Notes under the pieces: model-generated
Told to the model about the DNA's origin: nothing
Seen by the model: the letters and a program-made list of their open reading frames with translations, nothing else
The model's database searches: none
Translations under genes and position numbers: made by a program
Shown here: positions 38,350-47,149 of the stretch, in pieces
How positions within the stretch are numbered: position 1 is the first letter of the stretch
How the letters are laid out: every line of letters starts with the position of its first letter
Assembly (NCBI GenBank): GCA_036229005.1
Contig: JAZAMN010000049.1
Coordinates: 32,001-96,000, forward strand
Length of the DNA stretch: 64,000 bases
Reading direction: 5' to 3'
Origin: Myxococcota bacterium
Lineage (GTDB): Bacteria; Myxococcota_A; UBA796; CAJQPC01

Positions 38350-39063
38350 ATGGCTTCTACTCCCCTCTCCCAGATCAAGGACCTCGTCCAGGACCGCCTG
38401 GATCAGGACCTCCTCCCCAGCCTCTACGCGGCCTGCAGCTTGCGGACGCGGGAGATCACGGCGGACCTCCAGGCCCGCGGGGTGGTGTGGTCGGACTGGC
38501 GGAAGCCCCTGCGGCCCGCCCTGGGTGAGCTGGACGAGAGCGCCCAGCTCCTGATCGACCAGGCCAAGGTTCGGGCGGGTGTCATCGGCGCAGCGGGGGG
38601 AGTCGGCGGCGCGGTCGGCGTGGCCCCCGAGGTGCTGGCGAGCCTGGTGCACACCCTGCGGCTGGCCCAGCGGCTGGCGGTGGTCTACGGCTTCGATCCG
38701 GAGACGGACAAGGGCCGGGTGATGCTCTGGCGGGCCCTCGCTGCGGCCTACGACGTCGACCTGCCCGACCAGGCGCAGCTCAACCTCCGGGTCCGGGACC
38801 TGCCCGGCGCGGCGGCCAAGCAGGTGCCCAAGGGCGGCGCGGCGGCGGCGATGGTGGTCCGGCGGGTGGTGCAGACCGCCACGAGCCGGGTGATCGGTCG
38901 AGGGATCCGCCTGGTGCCGGGGCTGACCATCGGCTTGGCGGCCTCTCGGGCCCTGGACAGCACGCGGGCCAAGGGGGAGCGCATGAAGGCGGTGTACCGC
39001 GCGGCCTTCGAGGAGCCTCCCGCCGACCTCGTGGACGTGATCGACGTGGTCGAGGTGCACTGA
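38350..39063 (+). CDS. EcsC-family-like protein
   Basis: GAAGGVGGAVGVAPE, AVVYGFD and RLVPGL pattern. Confidence 0.65.
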   Translation: MASTPLSQIKDLVQDRLDQDLLPSLYAACSLRTREITADLQARGVVWSDWRKPLRPALGELDESAQLLIDQAKVRAGVIGAAGGVGGAVGVAPEVLASLVHTLRLAQRLAVVYGFDPETDKGRVMLWRALAAAYDVDLPDQAQLNLRVRDLPGAAAKQVPKGGAAAAMVVRRVVQTATSRVIGRGIRLVPGLTIGLAASRALDSTRAKGERMKAVYRAAFEEPPADLVDVIDVVEVH

Positions 39064-39092
39064 CGCCCCCGCCGCGTCACATGGGGTGATGC

Positions 39093-39134
39093 GGTGTTAG
39101 GGCCAGTTGAGCAGGTGTTAGGGCCAGTTGAGCA
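39093..39134 (+). repeat. Perfect 21-bp tandem duplication GGTGTTAGGGCCAGTTGAGCA x2
   Basis: Directly visible upstream of the redoxin-rhodanese-tol operon. Confidence 0.9.
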
Positions 39135-39147
39135 AGCGAGGCAAGCC

Positions 39148-40023
39148 ATGTCGGTCGTTCGGGATTTGATGCGTCTCTCCCCCATCAAGGTGGGGACCGA
39201 GGCTCCTCCGCTGTCCCTGACCGCGGACGAGGGCACCTGGGTCAAGCTGCGCGACTTCCGCGGCCAGATGGCCGTCATCCTGCTCTTCTTCAAGAGCGAG
39301 GACGAGAGCAGCGTGGCCTGGCTCAAGGCCTGGAGCGCCGCGAACGAGAGCGCTGGCGCCGTGGACGCGGTGGTCTTTGGGGTGCACACCGCCGCGACCG
39401 ACCGCCTGCGCGACCTGCGCGCCCACCTGCGCGGTGAGTTCTTCTTCCTCTACGACCCCCTCGCCCTCACCGCCCGCGCCTTCGGCATGAGCAGCCGCGT
39501 GCTGCCCCAGTGCAAGGACGGTGTGGTCGTCGTGGACCAGGACCAGCAGGTCATCTTCTCCGAGCGCGGGCTCCACGGGCCCGACGAGATCCTGCCCCTG
39601 GTCGCCCAGTCCACCGGCAAGGCCCTCCCCGGTCAGGAGGCCGCGGCCGGCCCCCAGACCGCCTCCAAGGCCCGCGTGCCCGGTCAGGCCCAGAAGGCGG
39701 TCGAGGACATCGACGGCGACCGCGCCGAGCAGATGCTGGCCGAGAGCGACAGCCCCTACATCCTGGTCGACGTGCGCACCAAGTCCGAGTTCGACGCGGA
39801 CCACAGCGTGCACGCCATCCACGTCCCCGTGGACGAGCTCCCCCACCGCTACCAGGACCTGGGGCAGACCACCCACATCATCTTTGTGTGCCAGGGCGGC
39901 GACCGCTCCGCCGCCGCCGCCGAGTTCATGGCGTCGCTGGGCGCCCACGAGATCTACAACGCCGTCGAGGGCATGAGCTCCTGGACCGGCCCCCGCGAGC
40001 GCACGCGGATCGAGGACCAGTAG
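39148..40023 (+). CDS. Redoxin (AhpC/TSA-like) - rhodanese fusion; start uncertain (39148 or 39169)
   Basis: KVGTEAPPLSL..VKLRDFRGQ..ILLFF redoxin N-terminus; LVDVRTKSEF...H...VCQGGDRS...GMSSW rhodanese. Confidence 0.8.
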   Translation: MSVVRDLMRLSPIKVGTEAPPLSLTADEGTWVKLRDFRGQMAVILLFFKSEDESSVAWLKAWSAANESAGAVDAVVFGVHTAATDRLRDLRAHLRGEFFFLYDPLALTARAFGMSSRVLPQCKDGVVVVDQDQQVIFSERGLHGPDEILPLVAQSTGKALPGQEAAAGPQTASKARVPGQAQKAVEDIDGDRAEQMLAESDSPYILVDVRTKSEFDADHSVHAIHVPVDELPHRYQDLGQTTHIIFVCQGGDRSAAAAEFMASLGAHEIYNAVEGMSSWTGPRERTRIEDQ

Positions 40024-40763
40024 TGGACAACGTCGTCACCGCATACCTGGCGGCCGTGGCCGTCCCCGCCGCCGCTGAGCCCAGCGCCCTGGACCTGGTG
40101 CTGGACGCCGACCTCATCGTTCAGTTCGTGCTGCTCAGCTTGGTCGCCATGTCCGTCATCGGCTGGGTCATCATCGTGAACAAGGGCCTCCTGCTGCGTC
40201 AGGCCGCCCGCCAGTCCGCCGAGTTCCAGGAGCTCTTCTGGAACTCCCGGCGCCTGGATCAGGTCTACGAGAAGGTGGGCAGCTACCCCCAATCCCCCTT
40301 GGCCCAGACCTTCAAGGCCGGGTACGTCGAGCTCCACAAGCTCACCCAGCAGGACGGCGACAGCGTCGGCCAGATGGACCTGGGCGGCATCGACAACCTG
40401 ACCCGCGCCCTGCGCCGCGCCTCCAGCACCGAGCTCACCAACCTGGAGCGCCTGATCCCCTTCCTGGCGACCACCGGCTCCACCGCGCCCTTCATCGGGC
40501 TCTTCGGCACCGTCTGGGGCATCCTCCGCGCCTTCCAGAAGATCGGCGCGAGCGGCTCGGCCTCCATCGCGGTCGTCGGCCCGGACATCGCCCACGCGCT
40601 CATCGCCACCGCGGTCGGCCTCGCAGCCGCCATCCCCGCGGTCATGGCCTACAACTTCTTCAACAGCCGCATCCGGGTGCTCGCCACCGAGATGGACAAC
40701 TTCTCGGCCGACTTCCTGAACATCGTCAAGCGGCACTTCTCCAAGGGCCGGGGCCGTAGCTGA
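40023..40763 (+). CDS. tolQ: TolQ (MotA/TolQ/ExbB family)
   Basis: APFIGLFGTVWGI, ALIATAVGLAAAIPA; GTG overlaps the upstream TAG. Confidence 0.93.
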   Translation: MDNVVTAYLAAVAVPAAAEPSALDLVLDADLIVQFVLLSLVAMSVIGWVIIVNKGLLLRQAARQSAEFQELFWNSRRLDQVYEKVGSYPQSPLAQTFKAGYVELHKLTQQDGDSVGQMDLGGIDNLTRALRRASSTELTNLERLIPFLATTGSTAPFIGLFGTVWGILRAFQKIGASGSASIAVVGPDIAHALIATAVGLAAAIPAVMAYNFFNSRIRVLATEMDNFSADFLNIVKRHFSKGRGRS

Positions 40764-41182
40764 TGGGCATGGGTGGCGGCAGCGACCGCTCCGGGATGGT
40801 CTCAGAGATCAACGTCACGCCCTTCGTGGACGTGATGCTGGTGTTGCTCATCATCTTCATGGTGACCGCGCCCATGATGGTGCAAGGCGTGGACGTGCAG
40901 CTCCCCCGCAGCGACACGCCCCCCCTCCAGGCCGACAGCGAGGACCAGCTCGTCCTCAGCATCGACGCCCAGGGCCGCACCTACATCAACGAGCGCGAGA
41001 TGAAGTGGGAGGAGCTGCCCAACAAGCTGGCGGCCATCCACACCGCGAACCCTGACCAGGCCGTGTTCGTCAAGGCCGACGGCAGCCTGCCCTATGAGAA
41101 GGTCATGCAGCTCATGGGCATCGCCAAGTCCGCCGGCATCGGCAAGGTCGGCCTCGTCACCCAGCCGGGGCAGGAGCCGTGA
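40763..41182 (+). CDS. tolR: TolR (ExbD/TolR family)
   Basis: INVTPFVDVMLVLLIIFMVTAP. Confidence 0.93.
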   Translation: MGMGGGSDRSGMVSEINVTPFVDVMLVLLIIFMVTAPMMVQGVDVQLPRSDTPPLQADSEDQLVLSIDAQGRTYINEREMKWEELPNKLAAIHTANPDQAVFVKADGSLPYEKVMQLMGIAKSAGIGKVGLVTQPGQEP

Positions 41183-41967
41183 CCCACAGCTCGCTGCTCA
41201 GCCCCCGCCCCTTCAAGCCCGGCATCGCTGTGCCCATCTCCCTGGGCATGCACGGGCTGGTGGCCCTGGGGATCCTGATCGGCGCCAAGCTGGGCGGCCC
41301 GCCCGAGCCCCTCATCAACCCCGACGACGTGTTGATGGAGGTCTCCATGATGGCCATGCCCAAGCAGACCACCGCGATGCCTCAGAAGGCCTCCAGGGCA
41401 CCGGAGCCCGTAGCAGGCACCCCCGAGCCCGTCGTGGAGACGCCCCCCGTCAAGACCAACGCCGACCTCGTGGACCCCACCGTCCCCCCCGAGCCTCCCA
41501 AGGGGAAGGAGGAGGTGAAGCCGGATCCGGATCGCGAGAAGGCCCTGCGGGAGATGCGCCGCCAAGCCGCCTTGGCCAACCTGCAACCTGACGCACCGAC
41601 CGGCAGCGAGGACAGGCTGAGGACCTCGGCAGACGGCGTCGAGGGGGCCACCGGCTCCAGCCTGGGCAGCGCCGGCGACCCGGTGCTGGCGGCCTACCAC
41701 GAGGCCATCAAGCGCGCGGTCTTCCCCAACTTCAAGCCCATCCAGACGGATCCCACGCTCGAGGTGATCCTCTTGGTCACCATCGACAGCGCCGGGACCA
41801 TCCAGGGAATGAAGCTACGAAACGGGAGCGGGGACGCCAGCTTTGACGCCGCAGCACGGCGCGCACTGGAGAAGACCGGGGCGGTCCCGCCGGTGCCCCC
41901 GGAGCTGATGAAGGGGAAGAAAACAGTGACCCTGCCCCTTGCTTTCACACCAAAGGATGCACGGTGA
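41179..41967 (+). CDS. tolA: TolA/TonB-like energy transducer
   Basis: TM helix with SLGMH, Pro-rich linker, C-terminal SGDASFDAAARRA; located between tolR and tolB. Confidence 0.8.
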   Translation: MTHSSLLSPRPFKPGIAVPISLGMHGLVALGILIGAKLGGPPEPLINPDDVLMEVSMMAMPKQTTAMPQKASRAPEPVAGTPEPVVETPPVKTNADLVDPTVPPEPPKGKEEVKPDPDREKALREMRRQAALANLQPDAPTGSEDRLRTSADGVEGATGSSLGSAGDPVLAAYHEAIKRAVFPNFKPIQTDPTLEVILLVTIDSAGTIQGMKLRNGSGDASFDAAARRALEKTGAVPPVPPELMKGKKTVTLPLAFTPKDAR

Positions 41968-43289
41968 AGCGACTGCTGGCCCTGACGGGCGTGATCGGAG
42001 CCCTCGGTGTCCTCGCTTGGGCCCAGGTGCCCGACGCGGTGGCGCAGGAGACCGACATCGAGAACGTTGTGGTGCGGATCTCGGCCCCTGGGGGCCAGGA
42101 CCTCCCCATCGCCCTCCCTCCCCCCAAGGGCGACGGCAGCGTCTCCGACACCGTCTGGGAGGTGGTCCGGCGGGACCTGGAGATGTCCGGGTTCTTCACC
42201 GTGATCGACCCCAACGCCTACATCGAGCCCGGGTCCGCCGGCCTGCGCGAGGGCGAGTTCCAGTGGAGCGACTGGGACGTCCCTGGGGCCGTGGTCCTGG
42301 CCAAGACCTCCCTCGCCAGCGTCAGCGCTGATCAGGTCTCCGCGGAGCTCTGGGTCTACGACGTGCCCGGCCGCGAGCGCCTGGGGGCCAAGCGCTTCAC
42401 CGCCAACTCCAGCAACGCCCGCTACGTCGGCCACCGCATCGCCGACGAGATCATCCTCCTGGTCTCCGGCAAGCCCGGCATCTTCACCACGCGCATCGCG
42501 GCGGTGTCCAAGGCCAGCGGCAACAAGGAGATCAAGCTCCTGGACGTGGACGGCCACAACATCCGCTCGGTCACCCGGAACGGGAGCATCAACCTGCAGC
42601 CCGCCTGGGACTCGACCGGCGGCAAGATCGCCTGGACCAGCTACCGCTCCGGCAACCCCGACCTGTATGTGGCCGACCTGGCCAACGGGACGGTGCGCAG
42701 GGTCTCCTCGCGCTCGGGCGTCAACATCGGAGCCGCCTTCGCCCCCGGCCAGGACCTGCTGGCCCTGACCCTCTCCAGCGGCGCCCGGGGGGACACCGAC
42801 ATCTTCGGCATCCGGGCCTCGGACGGCAAGCTCGTCGCCCAGCTCACCAAGGCGCCCGGCATCGACGTCTCGCCGAGCTTCTCCCCTGACGGCAGCCAGA
42901 TCGTGTTCGCCAGCGAGCGCAGCGGCGGCCTCCAGCTCTACGTGATGCCCACCAGCGGTGGAGACGCCCGCCGCATCACCTTCCAGGGCAACCACAACAC
43001 GGACCCCTCGTGGTCACCGGACGGCCAGCGCATCGCGTTCGTGGGCCGAGACGGTCAGTTCGACGTGTTCACCGTACGACCGGACGGCAGCGACATGACC
43101 CGAATCACCCAGGGCGAGGGAAGCAACGAGGACCCCACCTGGTCCCCCGACTCCCGCTACATCGCCTTCTCCAGCACCCGCTCCGGGGGCGCGCACATCT
43201 GGATGAGCACGGCGGATGGCCGGCACCAGGTGCAGCTCACCCAGAGCCAGGGTCCCTGGAGCAACCCCGCCTGGTCCCCCGGGAGCTGA
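41964..43289 (+). CDS. tolB: Tol-Pal beta-propeller protein TolB
   Basis: TolB N domain plus PD40 repeats (PSFSPDG, PSWSPDG, PTWSPD). Confidence 0.93.
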   Translation: MKRLLALTGVIGALGVLAWAQVPDAVAQETDIENVVVRISAPGGQDLPIALPPPKGDGSVSDTVWEVVRRDLEMSGFFTVIDPNAYIEPGSAGLREGEFQWSDWDVPGAVVLAKTSLASVSADQVSAELWVYDVPGRERLGAKRFTANSSNARYVGHRIADEIILLVSGKPGIFTTRIAAVSKASGNKEIKLLDVDGHNIRSVTRNGSINLQPAWDSTGGKIAWTSYRSGNPDLYVADLANGTVRRVSSRSGVNIGAAFAPGQDLLALTLSSGARGDTDIFGIRASDGKLVAQLTKAPGIDVSPSFSPDGSQIVFASERSGGLQLYVMPTSGGDARRITFQGNHNTDPSWSPDGQRIAFVGRDGQFDVFTVRPDGSDMTRITQGEGSNEDPTWSPDSRYIAFSSTRSGGAHIWMSTADGRHQVQLTQSQGPWSNPAWSPGS

Positions 43290-43293
43290 GCCC

Positions 43294-44214
43294 ATGCCCT
43301 ACGCCGCGATCGACCTGGGCTCCAACAGCCTGCTGCTGGCCATCGAAGCCGACGACGGGAGCGTCCTCCACGACGAGGCCCACGTGGTCGGCCTGGGCAA
43401 GGGCCTGGGCGACATGGGGCGCTTCGACCCCGCGCGCATGGCCCACGCGGAGAAGGTGCTGACCCGCTTCGTCGAGATCGCCGCCTCCCACGGCGTCCCC
43501 CCCCACCGGGTCCGGGCCTGCGCCACCAGCGGGGCCCGACGCGCGACCAACGCCGGCGAGTTCTTCGACCGCATCCGCGCGGAGCTGGGCCTGGACATCC
43601 AGACCATCTCCGGAGAGCAGGAGGCCGTCTACGCCTACCTGGGCGCCCTCAGCGACCTCGGCGAGCACCCAAAGCCAGTGCTGGTCATCGACTTGGGCGG
43701 TGGGAGCACGGAGCTGATCATCGGCTCCGGGAGCACCATGCACTTCCGCATCAGCCTGGAGGTGGGCGCGGTTCGGCTGACCGAGGCCTTCGGGTTGGAC
43801 GGTCCAGAGCCTGACCTGGAGGGTGCCCGTCGCCACCTCGACGACCTCCTGGGGGCGGTGGCCTTCCCCCAGCTCCCGGCCCACGCCGTGGCCGTCGCGG
43901 GGACCGCCACAACTTTGGCTGCAATGACCCTGGGCCTCCAGTCCTATGACGGGGCGAAGGTCCACGGGAGTCGGCTGAACCTGGACGACCTTCTGCACTG
44001 GAGGGACACCCTACTGAGCGCATCCCCTGAGCGTCGCCGGGAGCTGGCGGCGGTCTCCATCGAGCGCGCCCCCTACCTGGCTGCGGGGGCCTGCGTGATC
44101 GCGGCAGTGCTGGACTATTCCGGGCTTTCGGCCTGTCAGGTATCCAACCGGGGCCTGCGCTTCGGCGTCGTTGAGATGCTTCGAAACCCGGATCAGGGCG
44201 GCAACCTCACCTGA
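43294..44214 (+). CDS. Ppx/GppA phosphatase family protein (short form)
   Basis: AIDLGSNS, ATSGAR, ISGEQEA, IDLGGGSTE, GLRFG. Confidence 0.92.
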   Translation: MPYAAIDLGSNSLLLAIEADDGSVLHDEAHVVGLGKGLGDMGRFDPARMAHAEKVLTRFVEIAASHGVPPHRVRACATSGARRATNAGEFFDRIRAELGLDIQTISGEQEAVYAYLGALSDLGEHPKPVLVIDLGGGSTELIIGSGSTMHFRISLEVGAVRLTEAFGLDGPEPDLEGARRHLDDLLGAVAFPQLPAHAVAVAGTATTLAAMTLGLQSYDGAKVHGSRLNLDDLLHWRDTLLSASPERRRELAAVSIERAPYLAAGACVIAAVLDYSGLSACQVSNRGLRFGVVEMLRNPDQGGNLT

Positions 44215-44265
44215 ACCTGAGTGCGGTCAGGGACTTTAGGTCTCTCTCGCAATCTCACAAGGTGC

Positions 44266-44293
44266 TTGCAAAAAAGACACGCCTCGCTAAACT
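44266..44293 (+). promoter_or_regulatory. Sigma70-type promoter
   Basis: TTGCAA-N16-TAAACT upstream of the 44329 gene. Confidence 0.55.
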
Positions 44294-44328
44294 CGGGCCC
44301 AGCCGACTTTCCGTCTTTGGAGCCCGAA

Positions 44329-46872
44329 ATGAGCGCATCCAGCCTGTTGCTTGTCCTGTCCCTCTTCGCCTGCAAGGACGGCGGGGACACCACCGGTACC
44401 CCTCTGGAGACCGACACCGGCTCCGTGGAGCTCCAGGACGCCGACGGCGACGGCTTCACCGCCGAGGATGACTGCGACGACAACAACGCCGGCATCTACC
44501 CGGGCGCGGTCGAGATCTGCGACGGCAACGACAACAACTGCAACGACCAGATCGATGAGGACGTCACCACGACGTACTACCAGGACTCGGACAACGACGG
44601 CTTCGGCGATGACGCTGTATCCACCGAGGCCTGCGAGAAGCCCCCCGGCTATGTCCCTGTCGGCGGCGACTGTGACGACGGCGAGGCCGCGGCCAACCCG
44701 GGCATGACCGAGGTCTGCGACTACATCGACAACAACTGCGATGGCAGCGTCGACGAGGGCACCACCGCGACCTACTACGCCGACGCCGATCTGGACGGCT
44801 TCGGCGACCCCACCGTGAGCCTGGACGAGTGCCGCCAGCCCAAGGGCTACGTCACCAACAAGCTCGACTGTGACGACACCAACGCCTACGCCTGGCCCGG
44901 CAACGCCGAGGTCTGTGACGAGGCCGACAACGACTGCGACAGCAGCGTCGACGAGGGCGTCACCACCACCTACTACGCCGACTTCGACTCCGACAGCTAC
45001 GGCGACGACGCCCTCACCGCCGAAGCCTGCAGCCTCCCCACCGGCTACGCCGAGGTCGGCGGTGACTGCGACGACAGCGAGCCTCTGGCCAACCCGGCCG
45101 AGACCGAGGTCTGCGACACCATCGACAACAACTGCGATGGCACGGTGGACGAGGACAGCGCGGCTGACGCGGCGACCTGGTACGCCGACTCCGACTCCGA
45201 CGCCTACGGCGACGCCTCGGTGACCACCACCTCCTGCAGCCAGCCCAGCGGCTACGTCGCCGACGCCACCGACTGTGATGACACCGACGGCACCGAGTAC
45301 CCGGGCGCTGACGAGTACTGCGACGGCGACGACGACGACTGCGACGGCGACATCGACGAGGACGACGCCATCGACGCGGCGACCTGGTACTACGACGCCG
45401 ACAGCGACGGCTACGGCGACAGCACCAACACCGACCTCTCCTGCAGCCAGCCCAGCGGCTACGTCGCCGACAGCACCGACTGTGACGACCTGGACGCCAC
45501 CAGCTACCCCGGTGGCACCGAGGTCTGTGACTCCGCCGACAACGACTGCAACGGCACGGTCGACGACAACCCCACGGACGGCGACACCTACTACGCCGAC
45601 ACCGACTCCGACGGCTTTGGCGACCCCGCCAGCACCGTCATCGCCTGCTCGGTGCCCTCCGGCTACTCCGACAACACCTACGACTGCGACGACGCGGACT
45701 CCTTGGAGCCCATGGTGGTCGACACCGCCACCGGCTCCTCCTCCGGCGACGGCAGTTCCTCCGCTCCCTTCGACGCCATCCAGGACGGCATCGACAGCGC
45801 CACCGAGTGCGTGGTGGTCTACGGCGGCACCTACTACGAGGCCATCGACTTCGGCGGCCGTGACCTGGCCGTGACCGGCGTCGAAGGCTCGGGCCGCACC
45901 ACCATCGACGCCTCTGGCCTCGGTGAGCCGGTCGTCACCTTCGACAGCGGCGAGACCGCCGCTGCGGAGCTCAGCGGCTTCACCCTGACCGGCGGCGAGG
46001 GCTACTACTACTACTACGAGGAGTCCCGCTCCTGCTCCTCGGTGACCACCTGCACCGACAAGTACTACACCTACTGGGGCGGTGGCATCTACGTCGAGAA
46101 CTCCGACCCGACCCTCTACGACCTGGAGATCACCCGCAACGATCTCGAGGACTACGACTTCGTCGACGGTCAGTCGGTCTCCGCCACGGGCGACAGCTAC
46201 ACCTTCTCCTACGGTGGCGGCATCGCCCTGGTCGGCAGCAACAGCGCCATGTACAACCTCAGCATCGACAACAACGATGCGGTCGAGGGCGGCGGCGTCT
46301 ACATCGACTCCACCTCGACGGTGAGCCTGGACACCAGCTTCGTCATCGACAACACCGCCCTGGATGGGGCCGGCATCGAGATCGACGGCGGCAGCCTCAG
46401 CGAGACCAACGTGGTCAACGCCGACAACGAGGCCACCGAAGATGGCGGCGGCGTCCTGGTCCTCAGCGGCACCCTCTCCACCCAGAACGTGACCTACGCC
46501 GACAACGACGCGGGCACCTACGGCGCAGCCATCTACTACAACGGTAGCTCCTCGGGCACCCTGGCCAGCTCGATCGTCTACGTCGACAGCACCGCCAACG
46601 CGGTCCAGGCCGACGCCACCGCCAGCTTCGCCGGCAGCTACACCAACGTGTACAACGTCAGCGGCGGCTCCTATGGCGGCCTCTCCGACCCCACCGGCAC
46701 CTCCGGCAACATCAGCAGCGATCCGCTGTTCGTGGACGCCGCTGGCGACGACTGGACCCTGGACACCGGCTCCCCCTCCATCGACGCGGGTGACCCCTCC
46801 AGCTCCGACGCGGACGGCTCCGTCCCCGATCAGGGCGCCTTCGGTGGTCCCAGCTCCGACTGGAACGACTGA
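44329..46872 (+). CDS. Surface lipoprotein with MopE-like putative metal-binding repeats and a right-handed beta-helix domain
   Basis: LLLVLSLFAC lipobox; 6 full and 1 partial DCDD..PG..E.CD..DNxC...DE repeats; IQDGID, GGGI repeats, DPLFVD, SPSIDAG, DQGAFGG. Confidence 0.88.
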   Translation: MSASSLLLVLSLFACKDGGDTTGTPLETDTGSVELQDADGDGFTAEDDCDDNNAGIYPGAVEICDGNDNNCNDQIDEDVTTTYYQDSDNDGFGDDAVSTEACEKPPGYVPVGGDCDDGEAAANPGMTEVCDYIDNNCDGSVDEGTTATYYADADLDGFGDPTVSLDECRQPKGYVTNKLDCDDTNAYAWPGNAEVCDEADNDCDSSVDEGVTTTYYADFDSDSYGDDALTAEACSLPTGYAEVGGDCDDSEPLANPAETEVCDTIDNNCDGTVDEDSAADAATWYADSDSDAYGDASVTTTSCSQPSGYVADATDCDDTDGTEYPGADEYCDGDDDDCDGDIDEDDAIDAATWYYDADSDGYGDSTNTDLSCSQPSGYVADSTDCDDLDATSYPGGTEVCDSADNDCNGTVDDNPTDGDTYYADTDSDGFGDPASTVIACSVPSGYSDNTYDCDDADSLEPMVVDTATGSSSGDGSSSAPFDAIQDGIDSATECVVVYGGTYYEAIDFGGRDLAVTGVEGSGRTTIDASGLGEPVVTFDSGETAAAELSGFTLTGGEGYYYYYEESRSCSSVTTCTDKYYTYWGGGIYVENSDPTLYDLEITRNDLEDYDFVDGQSVSATGDSYTFSYGGGIALVGSNSAMYNLSIDNNDAVEGGGVYIDSTSTVSLDTSFVIDNTALDGAGIEIDGGSLSETNVVNADNEATEDGGGVLVLSGTLSTQNVTYADNDAGTYGAAIYYNGSSSGTLASSIVYVDSTANAVQADATASFAGSYTNVYNVSGGSYGGLSDPTGTSGNISSDPLFVDAAGDDWTLDTGSPSIDAGDPSSSDADGSVPDQGAFGGPSSDWND

Positions 46873-46893
46873 GAGCCCTCGGCTTGAGTCTGC

Positions 46894-46922
46894 ATCGGGG
46901 CCCTCTCGGGGGCCCCGATTTG
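46894..46922 (+). terminator. Putative intrinsic terminator
   Basis: ATCGGGGCCC-tctcgg-GGGCCCCGAT-tt after the stop. Confidence 0.65.
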
Positions 46923-46978
46923 CTCTGTGGCCCCGTGTTCGCTCTGCCCACATTCAGTGGGAGACACAGACGCAGACA

Positions 46979-47007
46979 CGAAAAAACCCGCCCCCGTGGG
47001 GGCGGGC
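46979..47007 (-). terminator. Intrinsic terminator of tRNA-Gly
   Basis: CCCGCCCCC-ac-GGGGGCGGG followed by TTTTTT on the minus strand. Confidence 0.85.
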
Positions 47008-47013
47008 ATTCGA

Positions 47014-47089
47014 TGGAGCGGGCGACGGGATTCGAACCCGCGACAACAAGCTTGGGAAGCTTGGACTCTACCAACTGAGCTACACCCGC
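47014..47089 (-). tRNA. tRNA-Gly (CCC), 76 nt, encoded CCA
   Basis: GCGGGTGTAGCTCAGTTGGTAGAGT-CCAAGCTTCCCAAGCTTG-TTGTCGCGGGTTCGAATCCCGTCGCCCGCTCCA. Confidence 0.97.
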
Positions 47090-47108
47090 GTAACAAGCTG
47101 ACCCCGAG

Positions 47109-47137
47109 AATCTAAGCCAGCGCTCCGAGTCCGGCAA
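47109..47137 (-). promoter_or_regulatory. Sigma70 promoter of tRNA-Gly
   Basis: TTGCCG-N17-TAGATT. Confidence 0.7.
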
Positions 47138-47149
47138 GGCCCAAGCGCG

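Noticed and set aside
39094..39147. MLGPVEQVLGPVEQ N-terminus of the redoxin-rhodanese ORF
   Set aside because: It is only the translation of the 21-bp DNA duplication; redoxin similarity begins downstream
44440..45700. Regularly spaced DNA repeats as a CRISPR array or DGR template
   Set aside because: They are in-frame degenerate protein repeats varying at synonymous positions; no cas or reverse transcriptase genes
46873..47089. tRNA-Gly as integration site of a genomic island
   Set aside because: No integrase and no duplicated tRNA 3' end seen in the window; the tRNA's own terminator is intact
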